This document shows, piece after piece, positions 35,780 to 48,733 of a stretch of 64,000 nucleotides of DNA. Each line of letters starts with the position of its first letter. Position 1 is the stretch's first letter. This DNA comes from Eledone cirrhosa (Eukaryota). The notes under the pieces were generated by a model. That model was not told where the DNA came from. It searched no databases and saw nothing but the letters and a program-made list of their open reading frames with translations. The stretch is taken from positions 8,246,001 through 8,310,000 of the forward strand of contig OZ024746.1 of NCBI GenBank assembly GCA_964016885.1, given 5' to 3'. Both the position numbers and the translations under genes were made by a program.

Positions 35780-36867
35780 GTGGTTTTGTCACCTAGGTGT
35801 GGTATTTTAAGGAAGCTCCTATTGGTCAGGTGTCGGCCTCCTGCGGTTGGTGTTTTTTCTCTTCTTTATGAAGGATGTTGGGTAGTCGTAGATTTCAAGT
35901 ATCCTGTAGAAATTCTCTGTGGGTGGCACTACTCGAGGGATCAATACATTTTTGTATTCACAAGGGCCTCAGTTTTAAAGAGCACTGAGATACTCCCAAA
36001 TTCCTTGGTCCTTGTGTGTTCAATGTCATCAGAGTTCTTCTCTCTGTTGTTACTAGTACCTCTGGCAAAATGTTTAGGTTGGCACAGGTCTTTTCTCTTC
36101 TGATTTTTACTGCCTGGGTCAAACGGTCTTTCTTGTTGGGAATGTCCATTGTATAAAGTGTTTGTGCTTTTGTAGCTCTGGCAAAAGCTGAAAAATGAAA
36201 TGTATGAGGATTCTTACCAGCCTCTATCTGCAGTAAAAAGGAACCAGTAGAATCTCGTCATTTTGTAATGGTTTTAGGGAGTGAGATCTTGCTTCATCTT
36301 CTGTTGCAAATCTCACCTGCCTTTTTGTAAGTTTTTAGGTTCCATACAGAGCCTAAAATCTTTGATATTTGAGTCTTTGTTGCTTTCTCCACTTTCCTTG
36401 TTTTTAAACCAATAATACAGTATGTCACTGCGACTGACTATATTTTGGATGATGTCAACCGGGGTGTGGAGGTGGACAATATGGTCAGCTCTTTTCACGA
36501 GACATTCAGCCTGTATATTAGTAGAATCACTTCTGTATATAGATATATTTAAGACCTCTTTTACCAGAAATATCTGTTTCTATGAATATATATATATGTG
36601 GTGAGATAGTTTCGATATTTTGAGAGAGATTTTTATTTTCGTCATATAGCTTCTCTGTGTGAATATGTTTGTGGGAAGATAAAGTATCATTTATGAAAAT
36701 GTTTTAACCATAGATATCACAGTACACTAGCATTTTTGTTTCTAAATGATATTATATTGTCTCTAAATAGAATTTGTAGATGGTCTGTTATTATATGTTT
36801 GTTATACTGTATGTTAAATACAAAAAAGGAATGTCTGGACATTGTATATCCTGTATTTTGTATTCTT
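35780..36867 (-). mobile_element. scrambled Tx1/L1-like LINE remnants
   Basis: EFGSISVLFKTEAL at ~35.97 kb resembles ORF1 QYGTISVLFKSEAL. The rest is a highly degraded probable continuation of the element split by piggyBac. Confidence 0.45.
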
Positions 36868-36871
36868 TTAA

Positions 36872-39472
36872 CCCTTTCGTTTCCATATTTCTAACCAAAA
36901 TACACCCCTTATGTGTTTCAATTAATTTCTAACATAATCATAAATTTAGTCTGGTTTCATTAAACAACTCTAACTTTTTTATTTATCAACATATTAATGT
37001 GATTTTTGGAAGAAAATTTAGCGAAAGGTTCTCAACCAATTCTATTCCATAATTTTTGTCTCAAAGTGACTCTAATTACAGGTAAATACAGGTAAATTCA
37101 ACAAAATGAAATGATTTAAATTTTGTTCAAACATCGCTATAGAAAATGGGTTATTAGCAAATATTCAATTGGGTATACAACAAAATTTTACTATAGAAGA
37201 GTTGTGCACATTACTGGATTTATCAGGTGAATAAGACAGGTGTACCATAAAGGTATAAATAAAACGAAAGACTGGAATTTGTCTGTGAAGAAAACTAGAA
37301 AACAAAATACACACACACCATCAACTAGATTAAATAAGCTCTCCCACATACATAGATATGCAGAAATATACAATAATGATTTACAAAAGAAATTAAACAA
37401 AACTCGTCACTCACCTTACAGGTAAATTAAAATAACAGGTAAATTAAAATTACACATAAAGAAAAATAAAAACGATGTAAATTTGAAAATATTAATAAAA
37501 TCAAATCACATATATACAAATCAAACAATATTCCTATCATGAAAACTTGTAAAGCACCCTGCTCTACATAATGCAACCTTGCAGAATGCACATTGGAAAG
37601 TTGTTTCAACAGACCTTCCACTAGGAGCTTTCCTTTTTTGATGAAGGCATTCAAGACACTGCTTTTTGCGACCCTGGATTTTTTTTAATTTTTTTTTTAA
37701 AAATAATTTATGGAGATCGGCTGAATTCAGAGGGATATCCCTCTGGCAGGCTTTGTTTTTTCTCCCTACAGTTATTTTTTTTAAGGAATAACCAGCTCTT
37801 AATTGTGTTGCTATATCTGCTCGGAACTACAGATGGTCGCATCGCTTTCGAGCCGGTCCTGTATATAGTATAAACGCATTAGTAATACTCATATTTACTA
37901 TATACCAAACCAGGTAACGCCACCATTTATTCCCCGATCTGCCAACTGGATAATAAGACATCATCTGATTCATCCGATCTACACCACCCATGTACCTGTT
38001 ATAATCGAGATTCACAAATGGGGTGCCATTTTCATCCACATGTGGCCGTGCACATGTAGACAGAAAATTGATCTGCCTCTTATCTCTGTATGTGGTCGCT
38101 AGCAAATTTCCTTTCTGCCGTTGAATTATTTCACCTTTTTTTTTTAATTTTAGATTTTTTATATCCAACGGCAGTCCTTTTCTATTAGTAGCACATGTAT
38201 GTGTTGCCACAGTATCTAAATTCTCCGCAAGTTTGACCGAACTGAAAAACCGGTCAAAAAATAATATACGGCCCTGGTTAAGGTATGGAAGTGATAAATT
38301 CCAGACCACATCATACCCTAGGCCATGCTGACTTACATAATTGTCTCTTTTGCCAGTATAAAATTCAAATCCAGAGCAGTACCCAGTATTCGATTCACAA
38401 ATCTTCCAAACTTTCATCCCCCATTTTGTGGGCTTTCCTGGCATATATTGTCGAAAATGCACTCGGCCTTTATAGCCCACCATACCCTCATCGATAGATA
38501 AATATCTCCCTGGTTTGTAAACTGTTTTATATGTGTTTTGAACACAGTCAATGAGGGGTCTTATTTTAAATAAGGGATCATAGTTTGGTTCTCCACGTAC
38601 TGGTGTACTGCTCGTGTCTCTTACATGTAAATATTGCGTCAATTTTAAAAACCGTGTCCTCGTCATTATACTTGAGACATTCGTCTCCAAAGAGTTCATC
38701 GCTACTCCAGTAATTTGTAATTCTGGGTAGCTTTCTAATGCCCATAATAATATTTATGGTAAAATAAGCTCTAATTTCATTTAAGCTTGTGGGAAACCAC
38801 AAACTATCCTTTTTTTCGCTTTGTTTACTTTCAGCGTAACAGTTTGTTTCTGCCGTAATAATTTCAAACAAGCTCATAGGAAAAAGTAAAAGGAAATAGT
38901 CTAAAGCTTTGCTCTCCTGGGATAGACTGTGACTTGGTTCAGTTTCTTCACAAAAATCACTGAGAGAAACAGTTTTTAAATTTTTACTCCATTCAGGTGC
39001 CAATTCATTTTCTTTATCGCTGTCATCAGAGCTCTCGGATTCACTGTTTTCACTTTCGGAAAATGAAACATCGGATTCATTATCAAATACCACGTGCTTT
39101 TTTTTTTTTTCAGTTATAGAGTTTTTCAAGGTCTTCAGTGGAAAATCCTTCGAATTCTGACTCGCTGCTTGACTGAATGAAATTAGTATCCATTTTTTGT
39201 CAGAATTACAAATTTTCAAAACACAACAGGAACAAATTTTGAAAAAAATCTCCCAAAATTCACAGAATTAAAATAACATGTCGATCGTTGTCCAAAACTG
39301 TAGCTCAATTGTTTACGCAGTATAATCACGTGTTTTCACGAATGTACTAACAAAATTTGCTCTGATATTCTCATTTAAATATGAATGTGTGAGTACGGGC
39401 AGTTTTGGGCGGATTGGTCATATGAACCAAAGTTTTTTTCGAGCGCCTTGGGGCGATTTGGTAACGAAAGGG
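36872..39472 (-). mobile_element. full-length piggyBac transposon (2.6 kb), inactivated
   Basis: TTAA at 36868-36871 and 39473-39476; 14-bp TIR CCCTTTCGTT(T/A)CCA. Confidence 0.97.
37521..39219 (-). pseudogene. piggyBac transposase (PGBD4-like), frameshifted
   Basis: LSIDEGMV, QYMPGKPTKWGMK, FFDRFFSS, YNRYMGGVD. C-terminal Cys-rich domain CLEC...FQCAFCKVALCRAGCFTSFH in 37524-37680 (not in the ORF track). Confidence 0.93.
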
Positions 39473-39476
39473 TTAA

Positions 39477-41880
39477 ACAATAGCTTGAGGTCTGGTGAGC
39501 TGGAGTTGACAAAATCTTCATTTTCTGTCTTTATGTGATGGAGGTGACAAAATCATTTTCTCTTGTCTTTCTTATACATTCTGTTTTTCTGTGGTTGGAT
39601 ACCATTCCTACCATTATACTGGGAGCATTTTGTGATGGTGAGTTGGTCTCGACTCCAAGACTGGAGCGTGTAAAGAAGACAGGAGTCGTCTCTTCATAGG
39701 CAGGATTCATCTCTAGGGAGAGAAAGCAGAAATCATCTCTTCATAAGGTTGAAGTGGTCTTTTCAGCTGCGGCGTAGAAAGTGAGAGAAGGAATGGCCTC
39801 AAGTTCTCAAATATATAGTCCCCCATGGGGACGTAACTCCATTTAGTTCATGGATGAGCCACTAGGGGTCACGACCGTCACAAAGGGACGCAACTCCTAT
39901 ACGTTCTGAGTTCTAGCCGTAAGGGGTCGCTACAGCTGGTTGGTGGGGTTCCTTTGAGAACCCCTTTAAAAGCCTACTTGAGGCTTTGCATTGGGTGTTC
40001 CCACGTCGTTGGGTGAGCTCTCCCTAATTCTGTAATTCTCTAATGGCATCTTCACCAGCAAAAGTGTTTGTGGCACTTTGAAGGTTCAAGTGCTGAATGT
40101 CTCCCCATCTTTCTCTATATCCTTCTTTCCTGTTATGAAGGCCATTAATTTTTTGTGGTTGTAAGTGGCTGCTATGTCTGTTTTTGTTTAGTTGTTTGTG
40201 TTAGTGGTTGTGTTGGCGGTGGTGTTTGTGTTAGTGGTTGTGGTGGAGGTGGTGTTTGTGTTAGTGGTTGTGGTGGAGGTGGTGTTTGTGTTAGTGGTTG
40301 TGTTGGTGGTGGAGGTGGTGTTTGTGTTGGTGGTGTTTGTGTTAGTGGTTGTGTTGGTGGTGGTGTTTGTGTTAGTGGTGGAGGTGGTGTTTGTGTTGGA
40401 GGTGGTGTTTGTGTTAGTGGTTGTGGTGGAAGTGGTGTTTGTGTTAGTGGTTGTGTTGGTGGGGGAGGTGGTGTTTGTGTTAGTGGTTGTGTTGGTGGGG
40501 GAGGTGGTGTTTGTGTTGGTGGTTGTGTTGGTGGTGTTAGTGGTTGTGGAGGTGGTGTTTGTGTTGAAGATCACATGAATTTCTGACCCATCTGAAAGGT
40601 GAACTGAATCGGAAATGTTGGTGCTATTGGGTTTTGTTTGGAGAAGGATCTCCAAGCTAGTTTGCGATCAGTGCCTCCTCTGTGTTCTATAGGACCTTCA
40701 GGATGGAGTCCTCTGCCTTAACGCATCCCAGGAGCCAATACAGGTTGAGTTCTGAAATAGAATCCTCACAGTCCTTCGTCCCATATGGTGGTGGTGGCGG
40801 TGGCATTGATGTCCTCACTTTTTTGGTATATTTGTTTTGCCTTCTTTTTTTTTTTATGGTGTAGGAAGAGGGTTCTTTTTTTTCTTCTTGGTTTTGACGC
40901 CCCCCCCCCCCCCCCTCGATCTCCTCCTCAATCCATTTCCTGTTGTGTGAGGTCCGGCAGTGGGATGTCTTTCATGGGCGTTGCTGTTGCTTAAGGTGTG
41001 GTGGATGGTGGTAGCACCAGCGTTACTTCCAGCATGGTGGGTGGTGGTGGTGGTGCTCTTGCTACTGTTGCTACGACCATTGCTGTTGCTAATTGAGCGA
41101 TTGGGGTAGGCAGGAGAGGTGGCCTTAATTTTTTGGCTCTTCTCTGAGGGCAGAAGGCCTTTAGGTGGGTTCTATCACCACAAACCACACACCTTGCTCT
41201 TCTACCCTCGATGGTTACAGTGAGGTGGCTGTTGTCGTCGAGGTCTATTAATCCCTGGTATATCTTGTATGCTTTTCTGGTCAACTTGGATCAGGGGCTC
41301 CATTCCAGATCCGGACTAGTTCTCTTGTTTTATTTTCATTACCTCGAGGACGGCAGCCATCAGCCAGGGAATTCCTATCGCCAACGGAACCTGGGTCACC
41401 CTTATTCTTACGAGCGTTTGTCCACAGTAGCTAGGGATCAGTGTCACTCTTTAGTGGAGCCATGGAATGCTCTCCAGCTTCCTCTAGGGCTGCAAAGAAA
41501 ACATCCACTGTCCTATATCTTCGTCCATGAATGATGCGGGATTCCTGAGCCCACACATGTCCCTATGCCTTTTGGATCTGGGACTTAGATGCCTGCTCCA
41601 TTTGACGTGGTTTTGTGCTAATTGTACAGTATGATATTGTACATAGCCGCAGGTGTTCCTGTAGTCTTTCTTAGTGGGATCAATTTACAGATAACATTTC
41701 ATTATAATTTTGTTCAATTTCTTGGTTCGGTTGGTTCCTCTTCGAAAAACAGCAGTTGTTGGATGACGACCGGGTTCCTGCTGCTGGGTCAGAAAATACC
41801 TGCCGTGTGTGAGTCCTTTACATGAAGTTCTAGCTTCCTCATCACCATTGTTCGAACTATTTAAGTTCAACATTTAAGCA
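39477..41880 (-). mobile_element. second, older Tx1/L1-like LINE (ORF1 pieces plus degraded APE)
   Basis: GRRARCVVCGDRTHLKAFCPQ...LLPTP knuckle, LEILLQTKP segment, and a C-terminus ...FKVPQTLLLVKMPL...DVGTPNAKP matching the 29240 ORF end. Confidence 0.85.
40185..40566. repeat. GT-rich minisatellite (GTGTTTGTGTTAGTGGTTGTG-based) encoding a Thr/Asn tract inside LINE ORF1
   Basis: Units vary in multiples of 3; open frame NTNTTSTT on the minus strand. Confidence 0.9.
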
Positions 41881-43158
41881 CTCATAAAGAGGATTAGTGA
41901 TTTTATGTTTGCACCACCAGCAATGTTTTTATAGTGTCACTCCCGAGAAGAGACGCCCTACCTTCGTCCTCATCACAATCATCCTGGCATCTGTTTTTAT
42001 ATTAGATAGTTGTGTCTAATATAGTGAATCAATGGTGCCAATATTATCATTATTATTTGTCTGATCTAGTGGGTGTGGTGGTCTTATACACATTTTAGAC
42101 AGGTTCTTTCAACTCTGTAATTCATCCAATAAGTGTGTATCCACGCCTGCAACATTGGTAGTATTTCCTTAGGGGCTCTGTGAGTTCCAGTCCTCTAGTG
42201 TCTTATTGGTTGGTCGGTCGAGTCAAATACGGTGGTGAATGGGAGGGGTTTGGGAGGAAGAGATGTGAGAATGTCTTATTTTTGTGTGATATTTAGTGTA
42301 GAGAAACTACAATATTGTCCAGCCGAATGGTGTGATTTAACAATATTAAGTTCAAAATTTCAAAATTCTTACTTATATATGTGGTATCCCACCCATTATT
42401 TGAAAGCAGTGGCAATGGAATGGCTATAAATCAAATAATATGGACGAGGTGTCAAATTTTCATTACATTTATTGAGGTGTCACTCTGGAATCAAAAGCTC
42501 ATCAGACTTCTGTTAGCATAATGACTGAATGATTCCCGTACAGCATTACAAGCCCTATATATATATACATATATCTACGTAGACAATGGAGCATATGTGC
42601 ATAAGCACACCTGCACAGTGTCATATTTGTGACAGTATTGTATTAGATGCATGTACGAAACAGCCGTTACAGATAAAATAAATCAAAGAACACCTATTCT
42701 TTCATCCTTCTCATATCCAATCTCCCTCATGCTATCCTCTACTGTTCTGGTGACTAAGCTTGGTAGAGCTTATATTCAGCACTATATTTTTATTGATTAC
42801 GCTCTGAGGATCCTGCCTCACGGTATGGATGAAACATTGTTAGCGAATAAAAATTGTATAAGTATGTAGGTGTTCTTTGATTTATTTTATCTATATATAT
42901 ATATTAATTGGATTCACACGTATGAAGAGCTGGTCGATGCTGGAGTCAGGTCTATCACACCAATGTAGTTCTGGAACCAATTAACTGTGAAACATGAGTA
43001 ACGTTCAATATACAATAAAAACATTTTAAAGTGAAACTTCATTATATCACAAGCCAAAGATGTTCCAGCTGTAACCCCATTATTTATTTATATAGGAGCT
43101 TTTATATAGGTCAAGTGGGATAACTCTGAAGTTTGTCTCAGTATTATTATTATTATTA

Positions 43159-43380
43159 AGGTGAAGGATTGGCAATATCGGTAGAGCGTCGGACACCTTG
43201 CTTCGCGGCATAGTTACGACCCTTTACGTTCTGAGTTCAAATCCTGCCATGGTTAACTTTGTCTTTCAATCCTTACAGGGGTTGATAAAATAAAGTACCA
43301 GTAACACGCCGGGATCGATTAAATCGCCCCCCCCCCCCCCTCAAATTGCTGGCCTTGTGCCTAAATCAGACACTTATTAT
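43159..43380 (+). mobile_element. SINE family A copy
   Basis: A/B boxes, central domain and tail. Confidence 0.85.
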
Positions 43381-45409
43381 TTTCGTTTATTTCAAATATC
43401 TACATTTTACCACTAAATTTCAAGGATTATCATTATATTCTCATGTATATATTCTCATCTTGTATATATTTATGTTTTGTATAAATACTTTTGTTTCAAT
43501 AAAGAAATAACTTAACAAAAACCTTTACTCTTTGAAATTCCTTGTTGTTGCTTTTGTTGTTCATTGGATGATGTAATCTTTAAATTATATATTTGTTCAA
43601 TTGGAGGTTTGTAACATCTTTTCTTGTTTCTAAATGGAACCGACTACAAGTTTAGATAGTTGGTCTGTTCCCATTCTTTCTAAGATGTTGAACATTTTGT
43701 CTTAAAAAAAAAAAAAGAAATTGTAAATTATTCAAAGAAAGGTGTCTGCAGATGTAACTTCAAAAGAGAGTTGTCAAGTACAGATGGAAACCATCAAGGT
43801 GAGTGTATTGTGGTAGTAAGCCAAGAAGGGGAGAAAACAGGAATGTGGGTTTATCGTCAATGACTTCAAAAACAGTCCCTCATCACTAGAAGGGAATATA
43901 GTGAGTGACTGACACAAACAGTAATATGTCCATCTTCACTAACAGCTATATGGAAGAACCGTGCATAATGACTGGTACATTTACATTCACCCTAAGAAGC
44001 AGCTGGAACTACACTACCTACCACTAGAATATCCGCTATGGCTTGTTGAGGCAGCAATGAGTCCTCTTCAAAAGCTACCTCATTTGCCATAGTCACAAGT
44101 AGGTTCCTAGTAAAAAAAAGAATTTAAAAAGCTTTTGAAGAGATTTCGCAGAATAGGTATCATAGCTAACTCCCCAGAAGCCACAATGGAAACAAACAGG
44201 TGGACAAAATGTAGCAGTATATAAAGAGCTAGTAGGTGGATAACTGCCTGGCCCAGAAAGAAGGGCATAAAAGGTAGACTTACCCACACCACAGATGGAT
44301 CAGTAGAGGTAAAAAACTATAGGATTGACGCCATGCATTCTCAGATGATCCGTCAGTTTAAGGGAGGGTCATGTGCTACTTGAAATAAACTTCAGGTAGC
44401 TTTAGTTGGGGGGGGGGGGTGCAAGGTGAGATGCTGGAAAACTGGGTGGGTGGGGGTGATTTTTTTTTCTTAACGGCTCCTCTTCAATTACAGCATCTCA
44501 CCTTGCAGGTGCAGGAAAATCAATAGAAGAAAGACTCTAACCGGATAGACTTACTGAACGGTACTAAACTCATGGTGGAGAGAAAATGAGCATTTTTTTT
44601 CATAGCAACGGTTGTGACTTGCATAGCTATCAAGATCATTAGCATCAAAACTAGAAAGATCTTCTGGTAATGCCAAAATCACCAGCACCATTACTAACAA
44701 CAACAAGAGTAGCACAATCAATGTGTAGTAGAAAATTTGAAAGATTATTGTAATTCATTTGGAAATATAAGTTGTCATATTTTTGGATTTTTCGATTGGT
44801 TTGAAAAGTAAGCAGCATATCGAGTTTAACGTGTTACACCTGTAACTTGGAGCATGTTGTTATCACATTAACTGAACCTAATTATATTTCGACCAGTTCC
44901 ATATTTATGGATAGACGTTTGGCAGAAACTATTGTTGAAGAATCTGTTGTATAAATACTTAATAATTTACACATTTGTGTTCTTCATAAATTGAAAAAGA
45001 AAAAAAAAAAGACATAACACCAAATATGACACTTGATGTGTTTTTTTTTAGTCAATTGGTGTATCAAGTTTAATATCACATTTTTGGCCTAATTACATTC
45101 TAATTTAACATAATTAAAATTTCGGAGTTATTATTTTTTATCTTGACCAGCAATAACAGCACGTCGGCCTCCATGGCTCCCAATGAGAACTTGACCAGCA
45201 ATAACAGCACGTCGGCCTCCATGGCTCCCAATGAGAACGGTATTTTCTTTTATAACAACGACTGTGGCTTCCATAGCTATCAAGATCAATAACATCAGTC
45301 AAAGAATGATCTGCTGGTAATGCCAACATCAGCAGCACCATTACTAACAAGAGCAACAACAGTAGCACAATATCAATGACGGCAACAACGAGTTTTCTAC
45401 TTGCATGAA

Positions 45410-45635
45410 TGCGCATGGACTTGCAATCGAAAGGTTGTGAGTTCAATTCTCGGACCAGGTGATGTGTTGTTTCCTTGAGCAAGACACTTTATTTCACGTT
45501 GCTCCAGTTAACTCAGCTGTACAAATGAGATGATAGGGCTGGGGTCTCTATCATTAAATTATCCAAGGCACCTCCAACGAGATATACCTTGGAGGAGGCC
45601 AGCTAAACCTGCATAGGTGTGAGCTGTCACACACA
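45410..45635 (+). mobile_element. SINE family B copy
   Basis: B box, CORE-like domain and hairpin tail ending CACACACA. Confidence 0.85.
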
Positions 45636-46914
45636 TGAATGCTATGAAGATATTTCTTTTACCACTGTTATCAGTCAATAGACCCAGCATTCTCTTGAAG
45701 ACGAGACGATCTAGCCGTTCATGGCCATAAATGACCACTAGTTTGAGGCCATCATAACCTAATGATTTTATCCGTTGTTCTACCAATTCTGCCAAATCAC
45801 CACTCTTGCGAGAAATATTGCGTGCTGTCATATCGTGTGTAAACGCTATAAAAGCAAACCTGAAGGTAGAGCGCCTCTTACTTGCCAAGAATCAGACAGC
45901 ACTTTAATCTCATCTTATATATCCAACTCGGGTGGTTTTTTACGGTAATTGTTTAAACATTTTTATTTTTTTTTTTATTTTTTTTTTTTTCCGAATTATT
46001 TGAGGAAGTTTTAACTTTGAGGCGATATTGCAGTCGGCATAGATAGATAGATTTCAATTTTTGGCCTAATTCTCTACACCGAAGTTAGCTTCAGAGTGCT
46101 GGCGGAAAGCCATTCGTTGCATATCTGACAGACATTTTACAACATCTAAATGTTTTGAACGAAGAACTGAAAGGAGATAATATCACAATGTTAATTGCAG
46201 AAACTAAAATCTTTGTCTTTATCGATAAACTACTGTTATATGCTTCACAAATTACTGCCTCCCGCTACGACCAGCAGAGGTGACTAGCATCTTGTTTGTT
46301 TATTTACAAGCTTTAGAAAGTGAATGCAGAAAGAGATTTTCTGACTTTCATCAGTTCACATGACGGTTCATGACAATCCTGTGTCTTGTTGAGATGTACC
46401 TCTGGGTGAATTGACTGAGTTAACATAAAAACGATGTGGCTTAAAACCTTTTCAAACATAAGGCAGCCATGATGTGACTTGATAACCATTTGAGAAGTCA
46501 ATGGCCATTCACCTGCGCTGCCACGCTGAAACTTTTATTACCTTTCCCAACTACATGTGTAGTTGAGAGTGGTTTTAGTGTGGTAAACGATTTATTGACC
46601 AAAAAGTGAAACCGTTTTGAAATAGGAAACTAAGGATATTTGCGCTTTGCTATCGACAAAATTACAAACAGACATAGCCAAGCTTGGATCTCAGCCGTCA
46701 CCATAAAATTACAAACAGACATAGCCAAGCTTGTATTTAAGCATCAATCTCAACCGTCACATTGAAAAAGAAGTTTTTATTTACTTACCTATAAAATCTT
46801 TGGAATAACGTTACTCGATAGAGTGCAGAGAGTCGCTCCAGTTAGAGCTGCCACTTCTCCGAATTGTCTTGCATGTGATAACTTTATAGAAACCATATCG
46901 AGAATTTAACTCGC

Positions 46915-47117
46915 AAATAATAGTTTATGATTTAGGCACAAGGCCAACAATTTGAGGAGAGGCAAAAGTCGATTAAATCGACCCAGTGCATTACTGGTAC
47001 AGACGTAAAGACGAAAGGCAAAGCTAACCATAACGAGATTTGAACACAGAGCGTAAAGGGACGTAATTATATGTTGCAAATCATGTCCAACGCTCTGCCG
47101 ATATTGCCATTCCACCG
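46915..47117 (-). mobile_element. SINE family A copy
   Basis: Reverse complement of the family unit with an internal deletion. Confidence 0.75.
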
Positions 47118-47625
47118 TTCTTGCACAAATAATAATGGCATAGTAAACATAAATAGCTTCAGATTATACTTTTAAACTAGATGGGCCAGTGTATTAAGTT
47201 GTTTGAGAATATACAGATTCATGTGTGGAAATGTTCAATGACTTAAAAAGGGATTTAAGGGACGAAAATAATGTTATAAACTGAATCAAAATAACGGTGT
47301 TTAAGATATTTGAGGTAGGACCGGAGGAAGTTAAAATATGGATCGTTGGCATGTAGTCTCAGTTGAGCGTGATACATTGTTTTGTATTAGAAAGCAAGTA
47401 CTTAAAAAATTTGTGATTTTGGGATGGACTGGTAGCCTACATTATGAAAACTGCTTGGTTGGCTTTGCAGGTAATAAACATGTTTAAAAGATGTAAGACT
47501 GAAAAAATGCCAATGTCTATGTCATCAACTCTGCAAGTTAAATGTCGTGATAGCTGACACTCTAGACTAACAAGCACCAAAGTGTCAGCATAACACTTGA
47601 AAATACAAGTGTACTTGACAACGTG

Positions 47626-47659
<34 letters not shown>

Positions 47660-47695
47660 CACTCACACACACACACACACACACATATATATACT

Positions 47696-47754
<59 letters not shown>

Positions 47755-48265
47755 TCATACACACATATATATATACACTCACACACACACACATATATAT
47801 ACAATCACACACACACACATATATATATATATGTATATATACTCACACACACATATATATATACACTCACACCCACACACATATATATACACACTCACAC
47901 ACACATATATAGGCAAATGAATGCATTACTAATGATCATTAGGAAAAGTTTTATACGTTTTAACAAGTCAGAAGAGGTTAGCATCATGATATTTTACGAC
48001 TCCTTTCAGGTTTCTTTATTAGATTCGCAAATAAAGCTCCACTCTCTGGCCATCTGTATCCATCCTCTCTCTCCCCCTCACACACCCTCTCTCTCATGCA
48101 CAGAATCTTATCATCCAATATTCTGTTGAGACTGGAATGAAATTTGAGAAGTTCAAATATGGCGGTCAAACTTGATCATATTCTACTTTGTCAAGAAAAC
48201 CTAGAAATAGTTTGGCTATGTCGCTTATATAGTCAAATAAGTAAAACTATAATTTGACGGCCTAG

Positions 48266-48312
<47 letters not shown>

Positions 48313-48650
48313 GATAACATCAATATAGGCTCAATATACATTGCTAAATCTATATAACTTGAGATACTATATATATACAAATAAAATACAGAGTTACTAA
48401 CTCATATTGATACCCTGTAATTAATCTTATCTCTCGGTGAGGAAAGCCTACGGATTATCTGTTACAAACAGAATTTTAAGGGCGAAACAGATTAAATCTC
48501 TAATCTGTCCGAGAGATGAAATGGTTATTGAGACGGTCTATATATATATTCTATATCTTCCGTTTGCTTCAGGTTAAATTTATCAAACCAATGAGGTATT
48601 TCAACCATCGTAATTTTAGACACACAATTTACTGTGTTTATTTTTACAGA

Positions 48651-48733
<83 letters not shown>

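Noticed and set aside
46270-46285. CTCF-like site CCAGCAGAGG
   Set aside because: The 3' half departs from the consensus; a single partial match is expected by chance.
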